From NCBI GenBank assembly GCA_947632715.1, contig CANRQF010000002.1, forward strand, positions 1-48,113: 48,113 nucleotides of DNA, in the 5' to 3' direction. The translations under genes and the position numbers were made by a program. This document shows positions 47,997 to 48,113 of the stretch, piece after piece. This DNA comes from an uncultured Bacilli bacterium. GTDB lineage: Bacteria; Bacillota_I; Bacilli_A; RF39; UBA660. Position 1 is the stretch's first letter, and the number at the start of each line of letters is the position of its first letter. Below the pieces are notes generated by a model. It did no database searches. It was not told the DNA's origin and was given only the letters and a program-made list of their open reading frames with translations.

Positions 47997-48113
47997 ATGA
48001 AAAAAGATTTAATGACAACAGAAATAATTGTTCAAGAAAATAAAATTGGAATAATGCGAGTTGGAAATGTTAATTATATTTCTTTAACTGATTTAGCAAA
48101 ATATGCGAATCCC
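47997..48113 (+). CDS. KilA-N domain protein (5' partial, runs off the window)
   Basis: A GAGGGGGA RBS precedes MKKDLMTTEIIVQENKIGIMRVGNVNYISLTDLAKYANP. The motif xYISLTDhAKY is typical of KilA-N N-termini. An upstream promoter reads TTGAAA-18-TATACT with TGT. Confidence 0.6.
   Translation, partial: MKKDLMTTEIIVQENKIGIMRVGNVNYISLTDLAKYANP

Overview
Origin-proximal chromosomal segment of a very AT-rich Firmicute (about one quarter G+C by eye, not computed) that carries endospore genes and uses the standard genetic code (TAA, TAG and TGA all terminate recognisable genes). Gene order: bipartite oriC around dnaA-dnaN, a ComK-like gene, then recF-gyrB-gyrA. A 0.95-kb ORF-free gap follows, holding six consensus parS palindromes and a minimal SRP RNA. 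Next come tadA-dnaX-ybaB-recR-bofA-holB-ricT-methyltransferase-pth-mfd, spoVT, a stand-alone AAA+ ATPase with a PD-(D/E)xK-like tail, and a T-box-controlled dut-metG-tatD block. Then rsmA, yabG-veg-spoVG, yabP-yabQ-divIC, clpP (-), a TGS/uridine-kinase-like gene and gap, a GT39-like membrane protein (-), rpiB, spoIID with a degenerate LytM (SpoIIQ-like) protein, csp, hpf, an MBL hydrolase and secA. The window ends in an accessory stretch: RhuM, an APH-fold kinase, a Nudix hydrolase, a polytopic membrane protein, a SEC-C motif relic and the start of a KilA-N gene. All but two supported CDS lie on the + strand, co-oriented with replication from oriC. I saw no rRNA, tRNA, CRISPR array, transposase or integrase. 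I do not see a convincing multi-gene novel defence-type system. The most unusual items are the plasmid-centromere-like parS array, the SEC-C relic that delimits an accessory segment after secA, the orphan ATPase-nuclease with paired operators, and holB lacking any canonical start codon. A Met-type T-box gating a dUTPase and a ComK-like gene at the replication origin are also notable. All calls come from reading motifs and synteny by eye; no searches were run.
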